A stretch of 64,000 bases of DNA from Cyanobacteriota bacterium. GTDB lineage: Bacteria; Cyanobacteriota; Cyanobacteriia; Thermostichales; Thermostichaceae. The stretch spans positions 1 through 64,000 of the forward strand of contig JANRIL010000011.1 in assembly GCA_033764955.1 (NCBI GenBank), in the 5' to 3' direction. The translations under genes and the position numbers were made by a program. The notes under the pieces were generated by a model that was not told where the DNA came from, made no database searches, and saw only the letters and a list, made by a program, of their open reading frames with translations. This document shows, one piece after another, positions 21,775 through 32,426 of this stretch (positions within the stretch are counted from its first letter, which is position 1; the number at the start of each line of letters is the position of its first letter).

Positions 21775-22503
21775 TTGGACGTACAACGGAAAGAAAGGAT
21801 CCTGGTTGTGGATGACGAAGCCAGCATCCGCCGGATTTTAGAAACCCGCCTTTCGATGATTGGCTACGATGTGGTCACCGCCTCTGATGGGGAAGAAGCC
21901 CTCGATGTTTTTCATAAGCAGGATCCCGACCTCGTCGTATTAGATGTGATGATGCCCAAGTTGGATGGCTATGGCGTCTGTCAGGAGCTACGCAAAGAGT
22001 CTGATATTCCCATCATCATGCTGACCGCCCTCGGTGATGTCGCAGATCGGATCACGGGGCTGGAATTGGGGGCGGATGATTATGTGGTCAAGCCCTTTTC
22101 CCCCAAAGAGCTAGAAGCCCGCATTCGCTCGGTGCTGCGACGGGTTACCAAAGGTAGCCACGAAGGGATCCCTAGCTCTGGGGTGATTCAGGTCAGCGAT
22201 ATTCGCATCGATACCAATAAGCGCCAGGTCTATAAGCGAGACGACCGGATCCGCCTGACGGGTATGGAGTTTAGTCTGTTAGAGTTGCTGGTCAGTCGCT
22301 CTGGCGAAGCTTTTTCTCGCTCTGAAATTTTGCAAGAAGTCTGGGGCTATACCCCTGAGCGGCATGTGGATACCCGCGTTGTGGATGTGCATATTTCCCG
22401 CCTGCGCGCCAAGCTAGAAGACGATCCCAGCAATCCTGAGCTGATTTTGACTGCCAGGGGCACAGGCTATCTCTTTCAACGGATTATTCAAGACGAAGAG
22501 TAG
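21775..22503 (+). CDS. rpaB: OmpR-family response regulator RpaB
   Basis: ILVVDDEASIRRILETRL and VWGYTPERHVDTRVVDVHISRLR match RpaB/Ycf27; TTG start after AGGAG. Confidence 0.95.
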   Translation: MDVQRKERILVVDDEASIRRILETRLSMIGYDVVTASDGEEALDVFHKQDPDLVVLDVMMPKLDGYGVCQELRKESDIPIIMLTALGDVADRITGLELGADDYVVKPFSPKELEARIRSVLRRVTKGSHEGIPSSGVIQVSDIRIDTNKRQVYKRDDRIRLTGMEFSLLELLVSRSGEAFSRSEILQEVWGYTPERHVDTRVVDVHISRLRAKLEDDPSNPELILTARGTGYLFQRIIQDEE

Positions 22504-22524
22504 GCTTGCCCCATTCTGAAGGAG

Positions 22525-22830
22525 CTAAGCGGCTTCCAGAGGAGCCATAGTCAGTCCCTCCTGATCCAGTTGCAGATGATAGAGTTCTGCCTGCTCTTGG
22601 GGGCCAACCCAAACAATCGCTTGTCCTTCCGAATCCACCTGGATCGTGAGTTGGCGAGCTAAGGGTTCGGTCATGCCTGGAATATATTTGAGCAGGCAGG
22701 CGGTGACGTGTTGAAAGGTGTTGAAATCATCATCCAACACAATCACTTTGTAGTTAGGGTAGATCTTCCGCACCAAAGTTGTGGAGCGGGAGGGAGACTG
22801 GCGGGGCTGAGCAGGAGCTTCGGTAGTCAT
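22525..22830 (-). CDS. clpS: ATP-dependent Clp protease adaptor ClpS
   Basis: YKVIVLDDDFNTFQHV, GPQEQAELY. Confidence 0.9.
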   Translation of the reverse strand: MTTEAPAQPRQSPSRSTTLVRKIYPNYKVIVLDDDFNTFQHVTACLLKYIPGMTEPLARQLTIQVDSEGQAIVWVGPQEQAELYHLQLDQEGLTMAPLEAA

Positions 22831-23022
22831 CGATCCTGATGGCAGATCACCACTACAAAAGAATTGACCAAACAATTTTGATACTCCACTGCCGTGAAGG
22901 GGCAGGAGGGGATATCCCTATGTTTTGGATACCACAAAACCAAGGGCAGCTAGCATAGTTTTACCAGGGATCCTTAACTATTGCCAAAGATTCTTGTCCT
23001 GGATGGTTTTCTATTCTAGCCG

Positions 23023-23991
23023 TTGCTTTCACCTATGAACTCTAGCCATCTTGTTGTCTTTGCTCGCCAGATTCGTCAGATGGCTCTGGGGCTGGGTTTT
23101 CACAAGGTAGGCATTGCTAATTTGGCTCACCCCCCCGATTTATCTGGTCTCAACCAGTGGTTAGCCCAAGGATATCAAGCGGATATGACCTGGATGGAGA
23201 ATCCTAAGCGAGGGGATCCTGAACAAGTGTTAGCAGGGGCACAGTCACTGATCTGTCTGGCGATGAATTATTACCAGCCGATTCCTCATGTTGAGCAAAA
23301 GGGGATCGGCAAAATTTCCCGCTATGCTTGGGGACGTGACTATCACCGCATTTTAGGCAAACGGCTGAAGTCTCTGTGTCTATGGATCGATGAACAGTGC
23401 CTGAAAAACGAGATTCTTAATAGCCAAACTCGTTGGTATGTGGATACTGGCCCGATAGCCGAAAAGCCCTGGGCGATGCAGGCGGGCTTAGGCTGGATTG
23501 GCAAAAATGGGCTGTTGCTTACCCGTGAATATGGATCCTGGATTTTTTTGGGGGTGATTTTAACAACCCTCGATCTGCCTGCTGACTTCCCCCATACCTC
23601 CCACTGCGGCACCTGCACCCGATGTATGGTGGCCTGTCCTACCGGGGCGATTGTCAGGCCGCAGGTGGTGGATGCCAATCGTTGTTTGGCCTATCACACC
23701 CTAGAAAGCCATGCCGAAGCGTTTCCCAGTTTTATTCAGAAACACTTACAGGGTTGGGTGGCCGGATGCGATATTTGTCAGGATGTTTGCCCTTGGAATC
23801 AACGCTTTGCTCAGCCTAGTGATATCCCCGATTTTCAGCCCTATCCCTGGAATATCGCCCCTTCTTTGCCGAGATTGGCGACCCTCAAGACAGAGGAATT
23901 TGATCACCAGTTTCCGGCATCAGCTTTGCGTCGTCTCAAGGTGAAGCGGATGCGCCGGAATGCCCAAGCGGCTCTCCAATCTGAAGGCTAG
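23023..23991 (+). CDS. queG: Epoxyqueuosine reductase
   Basis: SRYAWGRDYH, GWIGKN, CGTCTRCMVACPT, GCDICQDVCPWN. Confidence 0.95.
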   Translation: MLSPMNSSHLVVFARQIRQMALGLGFHKVGIANLAHPPDLSGLNQWLAQGYQADMTWMENPKRGDPEQVLAGAQSLICLAMNYYQPIPHVEQKGIGKISRYAWGRDYHRILGKRLKSLCLWIDEQCLKNEILNSQTRWYVDTGPIAEKPWAMQAGLGWIGKNGLLLTREYGSWIFLGVILTTLDLPADFPHTSHCGTCTRCMVACPTGAIVRPQVVDANRCLAYHTLESHAEAFPSFIQKHLQGWVAGCDICQDVCPWNQRFAQPSDIPDFQPYPWNIAPSLPRLATLKTEEFDHQFPASALRRLKVKRMRRNAQAALQSEG

Positions 23992-24115
23992 AGACTGGCT
24001 GGGCAGAGCCGCTCAAGCAGTTTTACCAAATATTGCAATTCCTCTAACCCTGTCATAGATCCACCATACTTTAATCAACACCACTACTAGATAGCACCAC
24101 CCTGAGGGTTTAATC

Positions 24116-24748
24116 ATGACCCAGTTTTTCCGGCCTTTATCCTCTCTGTTGATACTTGGATCCCTGCTAAGCGGGATCCCTGCTTTTGCCACTCCTCAAT
24201 CCACAGCTAGCGATCGACTGGGACAGGCTCCCGTAGAGATAGTAGCCCAGAGTTTAGCTAAAGTTCGAATTGGTTCTCTAGAAACCTATGAATATGAAAC
24301 CGGGTTGTTTTCGCTGGGAGTTCCCCAAAATTGGGAGGTAGAAGAGGTTTCTGACTCAGATATTGTGCGGGTGCTATTTACGGATCCTTTGGGCAATGCT
24401 TTTGTAGTGGTGGCTGTGTTAGCGGCTGAAGAAAAGCTCTCCAGCAATGCTTTGGGATCCTTGCTCCAAAGTGATGTGGAATTAACTTTTGGGGAAGAAC
24501 CGGATTTTGATATGGATAAAGATCCGACTCCTCAGGATGACGGCAGTGTTGGTGTTACGTTCACTTTTACCAGCCAAGTGGAGAATCTGGAAGTAACCTT
24601 ACTGGGCAATGCTTTCATTCAGCAGGATGATGATTATTTGTCCTTGATGTATGTGATTGTGCCCCAAGAGCAATTTGATGACCTACAAGCTGATATCGAT
24701 CAAATCATTAATAGCTATTCAATTGATACATCGGTTTCCCTTCCGTAA
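24116..24748 (+). CDS. Acidic exported protein (PsbP/Mog1-like fold possible)
   Basis: Signal peptide ending AFA; FSLGVPQNW motif. Confidence 0.55.
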   Translation: MTQFFRPLSSLLILGSLLSGIPAFATPQSTASDRLGQAPVEIVAQSLAKVRIGSLETYEYETGLFSLGVPQNWEVEEVSDSDIVRVLFTDPLGNAFVVVAVLAAEEKLSSNALGSLLQSDVELTFGEEPDFDMDKDPTPQDDGSVGVTFTFTSQVENLEVTLLGNAFIQQDDDYLSLMYVIVPQEQFDDLQADIDQIINSYSIDTSVSLP

Positions 24749-24768
24749 GGATCCCTAAGCTAGGGAAA

Positions 24769-25053
24769 TTAGGGATCCTCCATCGGTTTCTCAGGAGTGG
24801 CTATCGAGGTAGGATCGGCTGGCTTCAGATCTGGGACTGGGTCATAGCCGCCCGGGCGAAAGGGATGACAGCGACAGATGCGTTGCAAGCCTAGCCAGGA
24901 TCCCCGCACCACCCCAAACCGTTGAACCGCTTCTAGGGTGTATTGAGAACAACTGGGGTAGTAGCGACAGGAACGGGGCAAGACAGGGGAAATTCCCAGT
25001 TGATAACCACGAATGAGCCAGGTGGCAACGGTTTTGGCGGGTTGGCTGGGCAT
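24769..25053 (-). CDS. yidD: Membrane protein insertion efficiency factor
   Basis: [25 protein letters not shown]. Confidence 0.95.
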   Translation of the reverse strand: MPSQPAKTVATWLIRGYQLGISPVLPRSCRYYPSCSQYTLEAVQRFGVVRGSWLGLQRICRCHPFRPGGYDPVPDLKPADPTSIATPEKPMEDP

Positions 25054-25170
25054 GAGCTAGGTAGATTCTCCCGAATAAAGGCAGCAAAACAGAGGCAGAA
25101 TTGTAAAGAAATGCAAAGAACTGCTAGGCTGACAGAGGCAACCCTATTCTGTGGTCGGATTGAGTCGGCT

Positions 25171-25584
25171 ATGAGTCCTGAACCCTTTGTGAATCCTCCT
25201 CTCTATTCTGTTGTAGCGGTCACCAATGCCTTCGCGGTTATGTTTGGCATTATTTTCAAAGACATGTTGGAGTATCGGGTTGCCCTCTGGCAAGCAAATC
25301 GAGACCAACAAGCCCAGATTGAATATGTGCGTCCGGGCTTAGTGATCAGCTATCTTCTCACCTGTCTGTGGGTGGGGTTGTTTTTGGCGGCTTGCTTTCT
25401 GGTGATTGGCTTCACGCCTCTCCTGTCGGGGATCACCGCTGCCATCATGGTGGTGCTGACGGGCGGGTTGATTTGGTGGCAGTTGGGATCCCTTTTGCAG
25501 CTATTGGCTGTGGGAGGATCGGAGGCGATTGATATTGATTCCTATGGAGTCGGGGGGCTTTTGGATCGACAACCCAAGGAATAG
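25171..25584 (+). CDS. Hypothetical membrane protein
   Basis: Three hydrophobic segments. Confidence 0.65.
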   Translation: MSPEPFVNPPLYSVVAVTNAFAVMFGIIFKDMLEYRVALWQANRDQQAQIEYVRPGLVISYLLTCLWVGLFLAACFLVIGFTPLLSGITAAIMVVLTGGLIWWQLGSLLQLLAVGGSEAIDIDSYGVGGLLDRQPKE

Positions 25585-25676
25585 GGAAAAGTTTCCGGTG
25601 ACGAGCAGTACCCCTGTCGCTTTGGGGAGAGCGGAATACAATAAACAAGACAATCCTGCTATGTGTGGAGGATTTT

Positions 25677-26069
25677 ATGAGCCTTAGTCCTCTCTCTCCT
25701 GTCGAAATCAATCGGGATCCCGTGAGTGAAACTCGCCCTTGGGGATCTTTTACTGTTTTGGAGGAGGGTACAGACTACAAAATTAAGCGGATTGAGGTGC
25801 TGCCACAGCACCGCCTCAGCCTCCAAATGCACTACCATCGCAGTGAACACTGGATCGTGGTATCGGGTACGGCCAAAGTGACCTGTGGCAGCGAAGAAAA
25901 AGTTATTACTACTAACCAATCCACCTATGTTCCTCCTTGCACCAAACATCGCCTCGAAAATCCGGGGGTGATTCCGTTGGTAATTATTGAAGTGCAAAAT
26001 GGACAGTATTTGGGAGAGGACGATATTGTTCGGTTTAGTGATGATTATGCCCGCGCTCCCAACGTTTAG
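25677..26069 (+). CDS. Cupin, mannose-6-phosphate isomerase type II C-terminal-like
   Basis: RPWGSF, LSLQMHYHRSEHW, EVQNGQYLGEDDIVRF. Confidence 0.92.
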   Translation: MSLSPLSPVEINRDPVSETRPWGSFTVLEEGTDYKIKRIEVLPQHRLSLQMHYHRSEHWIVVSGTAKVTCGSEEKVITTNQSTYVPPCTKHRLENPGVIPLVIIEVQNGQYLGEDDIVRFSDDYARAPNV

Positions 26070-26151
26070 TGGCTTGTAGATTGTTGGCTTATCTAGGCTA
26101 AGGCAGGTTGATCGATGGGTATAGTCAGCTAATCCATTTTTTGACTGAATA

Positions 26152-26502
26152 TTAAAGCTTCAAAAGCCCCTGCCAAAGCCAAAAACTAACCATTCCCAAT
26201 CCAATAGTCAAAATCAGGTTTTGGGTTTTCCAGGCCACAAGACTTGCCACCAATGTGCCCATCAATCGCCCTTGGCTGCTGGCTAAATCAATCGAAAAAT
26301 GGGATCCCTCCTGTCGGATCAAAACCATCGGCACGATGATGGCAATCAAAATAGCGGGAGGAACATAGTTGAGAGCTTTTAATAAAAATTGAGGCAGCTC
26401 AAGGCGGTGGCTCAACAATAAAGGTATGGTTCGGATCCCAAAGGTAATCAGAGCCATCCCCAACACCAGGAAAATATCCCGCCAGACTAAACTAGGCATC
26501 AA
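26152..26502 (-). CDS. azlD: AzlD-family membrane protein
   Basis: TFGIRTIP, LNYVPPAIL; overlaps azlC. Confidence 0.85.
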   Translation of the reverse strand: MMPSLVWRDIFLVLGMALITFGIRTIPLLLSHRLELPQFLLKALNYVPPAILIAIIVPMVLIRQEGSHFSIDLASSQGRLMGTLVASLVAWKTQNLILTIGLGMVSFWLWQGLLKL

Positions 26503-27241
26503 TCGAAGTTCCTTTTTTGATGGATAGACGGGATCCCCAATAATCTGTAATTAGACCAGCCAAAATACCTGTTAAAGCCGCCACAATTAATCCCAATTGG
26601 TGAGGGATCCCGTTGGCCAAAAAAGCAACTATCCCCGCCACCAAAACGGTTGTCCCCATTGACCACGATTGTAGATAGGGCATAATCATTCCGATAAACG
26701 TTACCACAACGGCAAATTCAAGTCCCCAATCGGTGAGAGCAGGGATCCCATTTCCCACCGTCAATCCCACCCAAGTAGAGAGTTGCCAACTGACATAAAG
26801 GGAGAGGGAAGCCCCTAAATGGTACCAAGCTTTATGAGGAGAATGATCGGGTTGTTGATAGCGTTGAATAGCGACCACAAAAGTTTCATCGGTTAACCAA
26901 AATCCTAGGACAGACTTCCACCCTTGATTCAAGGATTTAACATGGGGCAACAAACTCACCGAATAGAGCAAATGTCGTAAATTAACTATGCCAGTAGTCA
27001 AAAAAAGGATCCCTAAGCTCGCCCCATTATTGAGCAATCCTAAAGCAATAAATTGAGCTGACCCTGCAAAAACAAGAGCCGACATCCCCAGTGCCCCCAA
27101 CAGGGATAAATCAGCATCAGCCGCCAGGGTGCCAAAAATAATGCCAAAAGGAGTTGCTCCAATCACCATCGGGATCTCAGCGCGTGCCCCTCGCCAAAAC
27201 TCTTGTTGGGGGGATGAGAGAGAAGAATTAGCAACCTTCAT
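26492..27241 (-). CDS. azlC: AzlC-family branched-chain amino acid exporter
   Basis: FAGSAQF, VNLRHLLYS, LTDETF. Confidence 0.92.
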   Translation of the reverse strand: MKVANSSLSSPQQEFWRGARAEIPMVIGATPFGIIFGTLAADADLSLLGALGMSALVFAGSAQFIALGLLNNGASLGILFLTTGIVNLRHLLYSVSLLPHVKSLNQGWKSVLGFWLTDETFVVAIQRYQQPDHSPHKAWYHLGASLSLYVSWQLSTWVGLTVGNGIPALTDWGLEFAVVVTFIGMIMPYLQSWSMGTTVLVAGIVAFLANGIPHQLGLIVAALTGILAGLITDYWGSRLSIKKGTSIDA

Positions 27242-28581
27242 GAACGGGTTTCATCTTCAGATTGTGGGAAGGAACAAAGCAAGCGCGTCAACAATGTGTG
27301 GCTAAGCCAGAGGGCACGCGGCACATGAAAACACCCTTTATAGGGTCCCCCCTTGAAACGTTGAGATACTCGTCCCTCTCGATCCAAATAGCCAAACCAT
27401 TCGCCATAGTCAGGATCAGGAAAATGGGAGAATGTATAGTCAGCAATCGTTTCAAAGCGAGCTAACCAAGCCATGTCTTTTGTCACCGCACCAGCCCACA
27501 ATGTGGCAATCATCGCCTCACAGTGCGGCCACCATAATTTAAGATTCCACTCTAGTTGAATGGGAGAATATCCCTCTCGATCCAAGAAATAGAATAAGCC
27601 GCCATAGTCGGGATCCCAGCCAATATTCAGTGACCACTCAATCATTTGAATTGCTGTTTTCATGAGATTTTCATGCTTGTTTCTCTCAGCATAAGCTAAT
27701 AAAAACCAGCCTGCTTCAATGGCATGACCAGGATTCACCAATCGCCCCTCAGGGCCATCCATTAACTCTCCTGCAACGCCTACTGTTTCTAAGACTAGGT
27801 TGAGATCTGATCTGACATGACGGAGGATTTTTTCAACACAGTCACTAGCCTTGACTTTCCATCCTTCCTCAATTACTTTTGATTCCTCAATTTCTAGGCG
27901 GATGCACACAAATTGCGAAAATGTTTCCGATAATTCCTCAAGCACATTTAACAAAATCATGGGGATCGCCAGTTGGGAAACCGCCACTGATCCAGACCAG
28001 CAAGGATGCCCCAACAAACTTAAGTCCTCTGACCAGATCCAGACTGCTCTAAACACCGCTTGAGTTTCTGCCCATAATTCCCCAAGAAGTACAGGGTCAG
28101 TTGTGGCACGACAAACCTCCGATAAAGCCATGATATAGAAGCATTCGGAGAAGATCTTGCGCTGCAAATAGACCGGATCCCCGTGGCGAGTTAGACAAAA
28201 ATAGACGCGATGATCTGAACGATGGGCATAACGACGCAAAAAGGTCAGTCCCCACTGGGCAACTGCTAGCCAGGTGTCAGGTGTCGCCGGATGTTGGGCG
28301 GGAGAATTATCCACTAGAGATTCTCGCCTATTCCCCGATAAATCAAAGCCTTGGTTGTGAAATTTGGCGGTCATCCAAACCTGACGGGCTTGTAGCCAGA
28401 CATGCTTTTGCGTGTCATAGACCCGACCATCCCGATCCAGATTGTTAAAATAGCCGCCTTCTTCTCGATCCAGCGAATGGTTCAACCAAAAGGGCATCAC
28501 CTGTCTCCACAGCTCTTGGTGCAGGCGGGTTTGCCACTGCTGGAAGGTGGCGGATAAAGCGGGTGAAATAGAGGGTAACAT
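27238..28581 (-). CDS. N-acylglucosamine 2-epimerase (AGE family)
   Basis: WLQARQVW, NPGHAIEAGWF, KLWWPHCE, KGCFHVPR. Confidence 0.92.
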   Translation of the reverse strand: MLPSISPALSATFQQWQTRLHQELWRQVMPFWLNHSLDREEGGYFNNLDRDGRVYDTQKHVWLQARQVWMTAKFHNQGFDLSGNRRESLVDNSPAQHPATPDTWLAVAQWGLTFLRRYAHRSDHRVYFCLTRHGDPVYLQRKIFSECFYIMALSEVCRATTDPVLLGELWAETQAVFRAVWIWSEDLSLLGHPCWSGSVAVSQLAIPMILLNVLEELSETFSQFVCIRLEIEESKVIEEGWKVKASDCVEKILRHVRSDLNLVLETVGVAGELMDGPEGRLVNPGHAIEAGWFLLAYAERNKHENLMKTAIQMIEWSLNIGWDPDYGGLFYFLDREGYSPIQLEWNLKLWWPHCEAMIATLWAGAVTKDMAWLARFETIADYTFSHFPDPDYGEWFGYLDREGRVSQRFKGGPYKGCFHVPRALWLSHTLLTRLLCSFPQSEDETRS

Positions 28582-28584
28582 GGC

Positions 28585-29268
28585 TCAGGCCGGCTCCGAT
28601 TGTTTGAGTCGGTAGCCCACACTATGGATTGTTTCAATGCAGTCTTCTGACGCACCCGCTGACCGTAACTTTTGCCGCAGGGCTTTGATATGGGCTTTAA
28701 TCGAGTCTTCAGCGGGGGTATCTTCTAGGTTCCAAAGATGATCGATGATAGCGCGGCGACTCAAGACACGGCGACCACTGCGCAGAAACAACTCTAAGAG
28801 AGCAAACTCCTTCGGCGTGAGATGAAGGGGAAATTCTGCATAGGTGACCTCATAGGTGAGGGGGTTGAGGTGTAGGGATCCCCAATGCAAATCGCTGCTC
28901 AGGAGGGTGGTACGGCGGCGCAACAATGCCCGTACCCGTGCCAACAGTTCCGGCAGATCCACAGGTTTAATCAGATAGTCATCTGCCCCCGCATCCAGCC
29001 CCAACACCTTATCGGCACTAGTATCTCTGGCGGTAATCATCAAAATTGGTATGGTTAAGCCCTGTTGACGTACCCGCCGACAGAGGCCAATTCCATCCAG
29101 TTTGGGCAGCATCACATCCATCAACACCAAGTCATAGGGCTGCTGACAAAGCAATTCCCAGCCTGCTTCCCCATCCCCCGCCAGATCGAGGGTGTAGCGT
29201 TGATCCGTGAGGGCTTCCATTAAAGTTTCCGCCAATCGTCGATCATCTTCCACCAGCAGGAGTCGCAT
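28585..29268 (-). CDS. OmpR-family response regulator
   Basis: MRLLLVEDD, DVMLP, GADDYLIKP, wHTH ETIHSVGYRL. Confidence 0.92.
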   Translation of the reverse strand: MRLLLVEDDRRLAETLMEALTDQRYTLDLAGDGEAGWELLCQQPYDLVLMDVMLPKLDGIGLCRRVRQQGLTIPILMITARDTSADKVLGLDAGADDYLIKPVDLPELLARVRALLRRRTTLLSSDLHWGSLHLNPLTYEVTYAEFPLHLTPKEFALLELFLRSGRRVLSRRAIIDHLWNLEDTPAEDSIKAHIKALRQKLRSAGASEDCIETIHSVGYRLKQSEPA

Positions 29269-29339
29269 AGTTTCCAGAATCAAGGGATATCCACTATCTT
29301 TTAGACTGTAGACGATTTGCCTGATGCTTATCACCGACC

Positions 29340-30350
29340 GTGGGAGTAACGATGACAATGGAGCCTAGACAAGCCCAAGGGATCCCTGGTTGGAGGGTAG
29401 TTTCTCCCCTAGTTATGGGAATAGTCGTTATGGGCTGGCTGGCTAACCCTGTGGGGGGGCAGGCTTTACCTGGCTTAGTCGCGCAAGCTCCTGTCCCCCT
29501 GGAGGATGAAACGGAACTCACCCAGACCTGGGTAGTGACTCCTGAACAGGCCAAGATCCTAATTGAGCAGGGAGCGACCCTTTTGGATGTCCGTCATCCT
29601 AGGTTGCAAGCCCTAGGGATGTTGGCGGGATCCGTACCTGCGGCCTGGGCTGATTTTACCCAAACTCAGGATCCGCATCGGGGCAAGCTGTTGACGGATG
29701 ATCCGGGGTTAACGAGTCGCTTGCAGGCTCTCGGAGTTTTTCAAAACCAACCGGTGGTAGTCGTGGCTGACCCCGCCAATGGCTGGGGGGAGGATGGGCG
29801 GATGGTGTGGATGTTGCGAACCCTTGGACATCGGCAGGCGGTCATGGTAGACGGTGGATATGCTGCTCTGTTGGTTGCCGGTGTCCCTCTGGCCAAAAGT
29901 CCTTTCACCCCAGCACGTGGAGATTTTGTCGTGCAACGGGATCCCTCCTGGGAGATCAGCCGCGATCAACTAAAAAGCCAATTGGTAAAAAGCCAACTCG
30001 GACAACAGCAGGTGGTGGTAATAGACACCCGCGAAGCTGAGGAGTATCAGGGAGAAATCCGCTATGGAGAAAAGCGGGGGGGACATATTCCGGGAGCCAT
30101 TCATCTGAGTTTTCGGGAGTTGATCGGAACGGATGGGCGCATGCTCAGTGAGGCAGCAATTCGAGCCAAACTCGCCCGTCTGGGAATATCACCAGAGGCC
30201 AAGATCATCAATTACTGCACCGCCGGTATCCGTTCCGGTTGGATGACAGCGGTATTGGCTCATTTCGGTTTTCACACCCAAAACTATGCTGGCTCCATAT
30301 CGGAATGGGCCGCCAGTCCTCCTGAGGATTTCCCGATGGAGCAAGACTAA
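29340..30350 (+). CDS. Exported tandem-rhodanese sulfurtransferase
   Basis: GHIPGA, YCTAGIRS active loop, YAGSISEW. Confidence 0.88.
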   Translation: MGVTMTMEPRQAQGIPGWRVVSPLVMGIVVMGWLANPVGGQALPGLVAQAPVPLEDETELTQTWVVTPEQAKILIEQGATLLDVRHPRLQALGMLAGSVPAAWADFTQTQDPHRGKLLTDDPGLTSRLQALGVFQNQPVVVVADPANGWGEDGRMVWMLRTLGHRQAVMVDGGYAALLVAGVPLAKSPFTPARGDFVVQRDPSWEISRDQLKSQLVKSQLGQQQVVVIDTREAEEYQGEIRYGEKRGGHIPGAIHLSFRELIGTDGRMLSEAAIRAKLARLGISPEAKIINYCTAGIRSGWMTAVLAHFGFHTQNYAGSISEWAASPPEDFPMEQD

Positions 30351-30434
30351 GCCTACCCCTGGGGATCCCTCAGATCCCTTCTCCCTGCCCACACGGTACA
30401 GTTCAGACCAGCTAGTATTTCATCCTGCTTTTTT

Positions 30435-31286
30435 ATGCAGTCTCCTGAGTACAGCCCAATTAGCCAGCGCCCGCTTCTCACCCTACCCAACCAAGCCCGT
30501 GTCGCCGTTTGGGTAGTGATGAATATTGAACACTTTACTTTTGGCCAATTGGGAACCGCTATTCAGCCCCACCTGACCAGCCCTCCTGAAATCGCCAACT
30601 ACGGCTGGCGGGACTATGGCAATCGGGTCGGTATTTGGCGGTTGTTTGATCTTTTTGCCAATCTGGGGATGCCGGTCACGGCTGCTCTGAATGCCGAAAT
30701 TTGTACCCTTTATCCGGCGATTGTGCAGGAGTTGCGGCGGCAAAACTGGGAAGTGATGGCTCACGGATGGAACAACAGCACCGGACACAGCGGTCTCGAT
30801 CCGGAAAGCGAGCGCCAACTGATTGATCGCACCCTAACCCTATTGACAGAAGCCGCTGGATCCCGACCCCTGGGCTGGTTGACCCCAGGATTTTCGGTTA
30901 GTGAGTCTACCTTTGAACTGCTTCATGCCGCCGGGATCCGCTATATCGCTGACTGGGTCAACGATGATCAGCCCTATGCTCATCCTGTGGGCGGCGGTTC
31001 GTTGCTGGCTATCCCCTATAGCCTCGAAACCAATGATATTAGCCTCTGTTTGAGCGCCCGCTTGAGTGGATCCGCCTTTGCCCAAGCCTTGATCGACCAG
31101 TTTGATTGTCTGTGGGAAGAGGGATCCCTCACTCCGCGGATCATGGCGATTGGCCTACATCCATTCATTGTGGGACAGCCGTTGCGCTTTAAGTATTTGC
31201 AGCAAGCCTTGCGCTACATCCTCCACCAACCGGAAACTTGGATCACCACCGGATCGGCGATCTATAACTGGGTTATCAACCGCTAA
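30435..31286 (+). CDS. Polysaccharide deacetylase family, PuuE allantoinase-like
   Basis: DYGNRVGIWR, AHG, DDQPY, IGLHPFIVGQP. Confidence 0.8.
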   Translation: MQSPEYSPISQRPLLTLPNQARVAVWVVMNIEHFTFGQLGTAIQPHLTSPPEIANYGWRDYGNRVGIWRLFDLFANLGMPVTAALNAEICTLYPAIVQELRRQNWEVMAHGWNNSTGHSGLDPESERQLIDRTLTLLTEAAGSRPLGWLTPGFSVSESTFELLHAAGIRYIADWVNDDQPYAHPVGGGSLLAIPYSLETNDISLCLSARLSGSAFAQALIDQFDCLWEEGSLTPRIMAIGLHPFIVGQPLRFKYLQQALRYILHQPETWITTGSAIYNWVINR

Positions 31287-31322
31287 CCCAGTTGCCCCTA
31301 ATTTTTTGAGGAACCTTGCCCT

Positions 31323-31895
31323 ATGACCACGGCACAAAAGTCAGTCGTCAACATTCCAGTAGTGGATGCTACCCATGAGAACGTCAAGCCCTACGGTCAG
31401 TTGTTTGGGGATGATGTGGCGAAACCGGGTTTAGGGATCCCTTTTTATGCGGGGCGGGTCTTGGAAGGAGAGAACATCGATTTTGTCTATCACGGACAAG
31501 CAGTGATCCGTACCGCCAAAATCTTGCCGGGATACCCACCCTTGCTGTGGTTAGAACGACATCTACGGATGACTCAATTGTTTGTCGGCTTGGGCAGTGA
31601 ACCTTTCATTATGGTGATGGCTCCCCCCAACCATGAACAGGGAAAAAACCAGCCGGATCTCGATCAGGTGATGGCGCTACGCTTTCCCCCCGGTCATGCC
31701 CTCTTGATTCACCAGGGCACCTGGCACGACTTTCCGATTGCCTGTGAGCGACCCGTTGTGATTATGACCGCCAACTCCGACGAAGTGGTGACTGCTCTGG
31801 CGGAGATGGGAACCGCCGCCGAGATGGATCAGGGGGATGTTTTCAAAATTTCTCTGCGGCAGCGCTTGGGCACCGAGATTCACCTAGAGGTATAG
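31323..31895 (+). CDS. Ureidoglycolate lyase-like cupin
   Basis: LERHLRMTQ, GTWHDFP; context. Confidence 0.7.
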   Translation: MTTAQKSVVNIPVVDATHENVKPYGQLFGDDVAKPGLGIPFYAGRVLEGENIDFVYHGQAVIRTAKILPGYPPLLWLERHLRMTQLFVGLGSEPFIMVMAPPNHEQGKNQPDLDQVMALRFPPGHALLIHQGTWHDFPIACERPVVIMTANSDEVVTALAEMGTAAEMDQGDVFKISLRQRLGTEIHLEV

Positions 31896-31959
31896 CGGCA
31901 CTTTTCCGAACAGTTTTTCTCTTCTCGCGCATGTTTTTCTATTCTAGGGATCCCTACCC

Positions 31960-32343
31960 ATGTCAGACATCAATCGCCCCGACGTGGTGGCCGAGTTAAC
32001 AGCGCTTTATGATCAATACGAAAAAGCCCTGTGCAGCAATGACATCGCCACCATGACCCACCTTTTTTGGGACTCTCCCCATGTGGTGCGGTTCGGAGCC
32101 ACCGAGAATCTCTACGGCAGTGAGGAATTGGCCGCCTTTCGGCAGCATCGTCCTGCTATTCATTTGGAACGGGAGATCCTTAAACTCCAGGTGGTCAGCT
32201 TTGGCGAAACCTCTGCCTCTATCACCTTAGAATTTCGCCGTGTGGTGAATGGGCAGCCTCGCTTGGGTCGGCAAAGCCAAATGTGGCAGAAATTGGCGGA
32301 AGGTTGGAAAATTGTCTCGGCACATGTTTCCTTTCTGCCTTGA
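31960..32343 (+). CDS. HpxZ/AtzH-like (DUF3225) NTF2-fold protein
   Basis: YEKAL, ENLYG, GRQSQMW, WKIVSAHVS. Confidence 0.88.
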   Translation: MSDINRPDVVAELTALYDQYEKALCSNDIATMTHLFWDSPHVVRFGATENLYGSEELAAFRQHRPAIHLEREILKLQVVSFGETSASITLEFRRVVNGQPRLGRQSQMWQKLAEGWKIVSAHVSFLP

Positions 32344-32426
32344 GCATGGCTGCCTAGGGTCTGCTGTTGCCCAGCTTTTGGATAGTTTTTGGGATGAGTT
32401 GGCCTGCCTATCTTTTTGCATAAAAC

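Noticed and set aside
30351..30434. NtcA box or riboswitch ahead of the purine-catabolism genes
   Set aside because: No GTA-N8-TAC or recognisable riboswitch core found by eye
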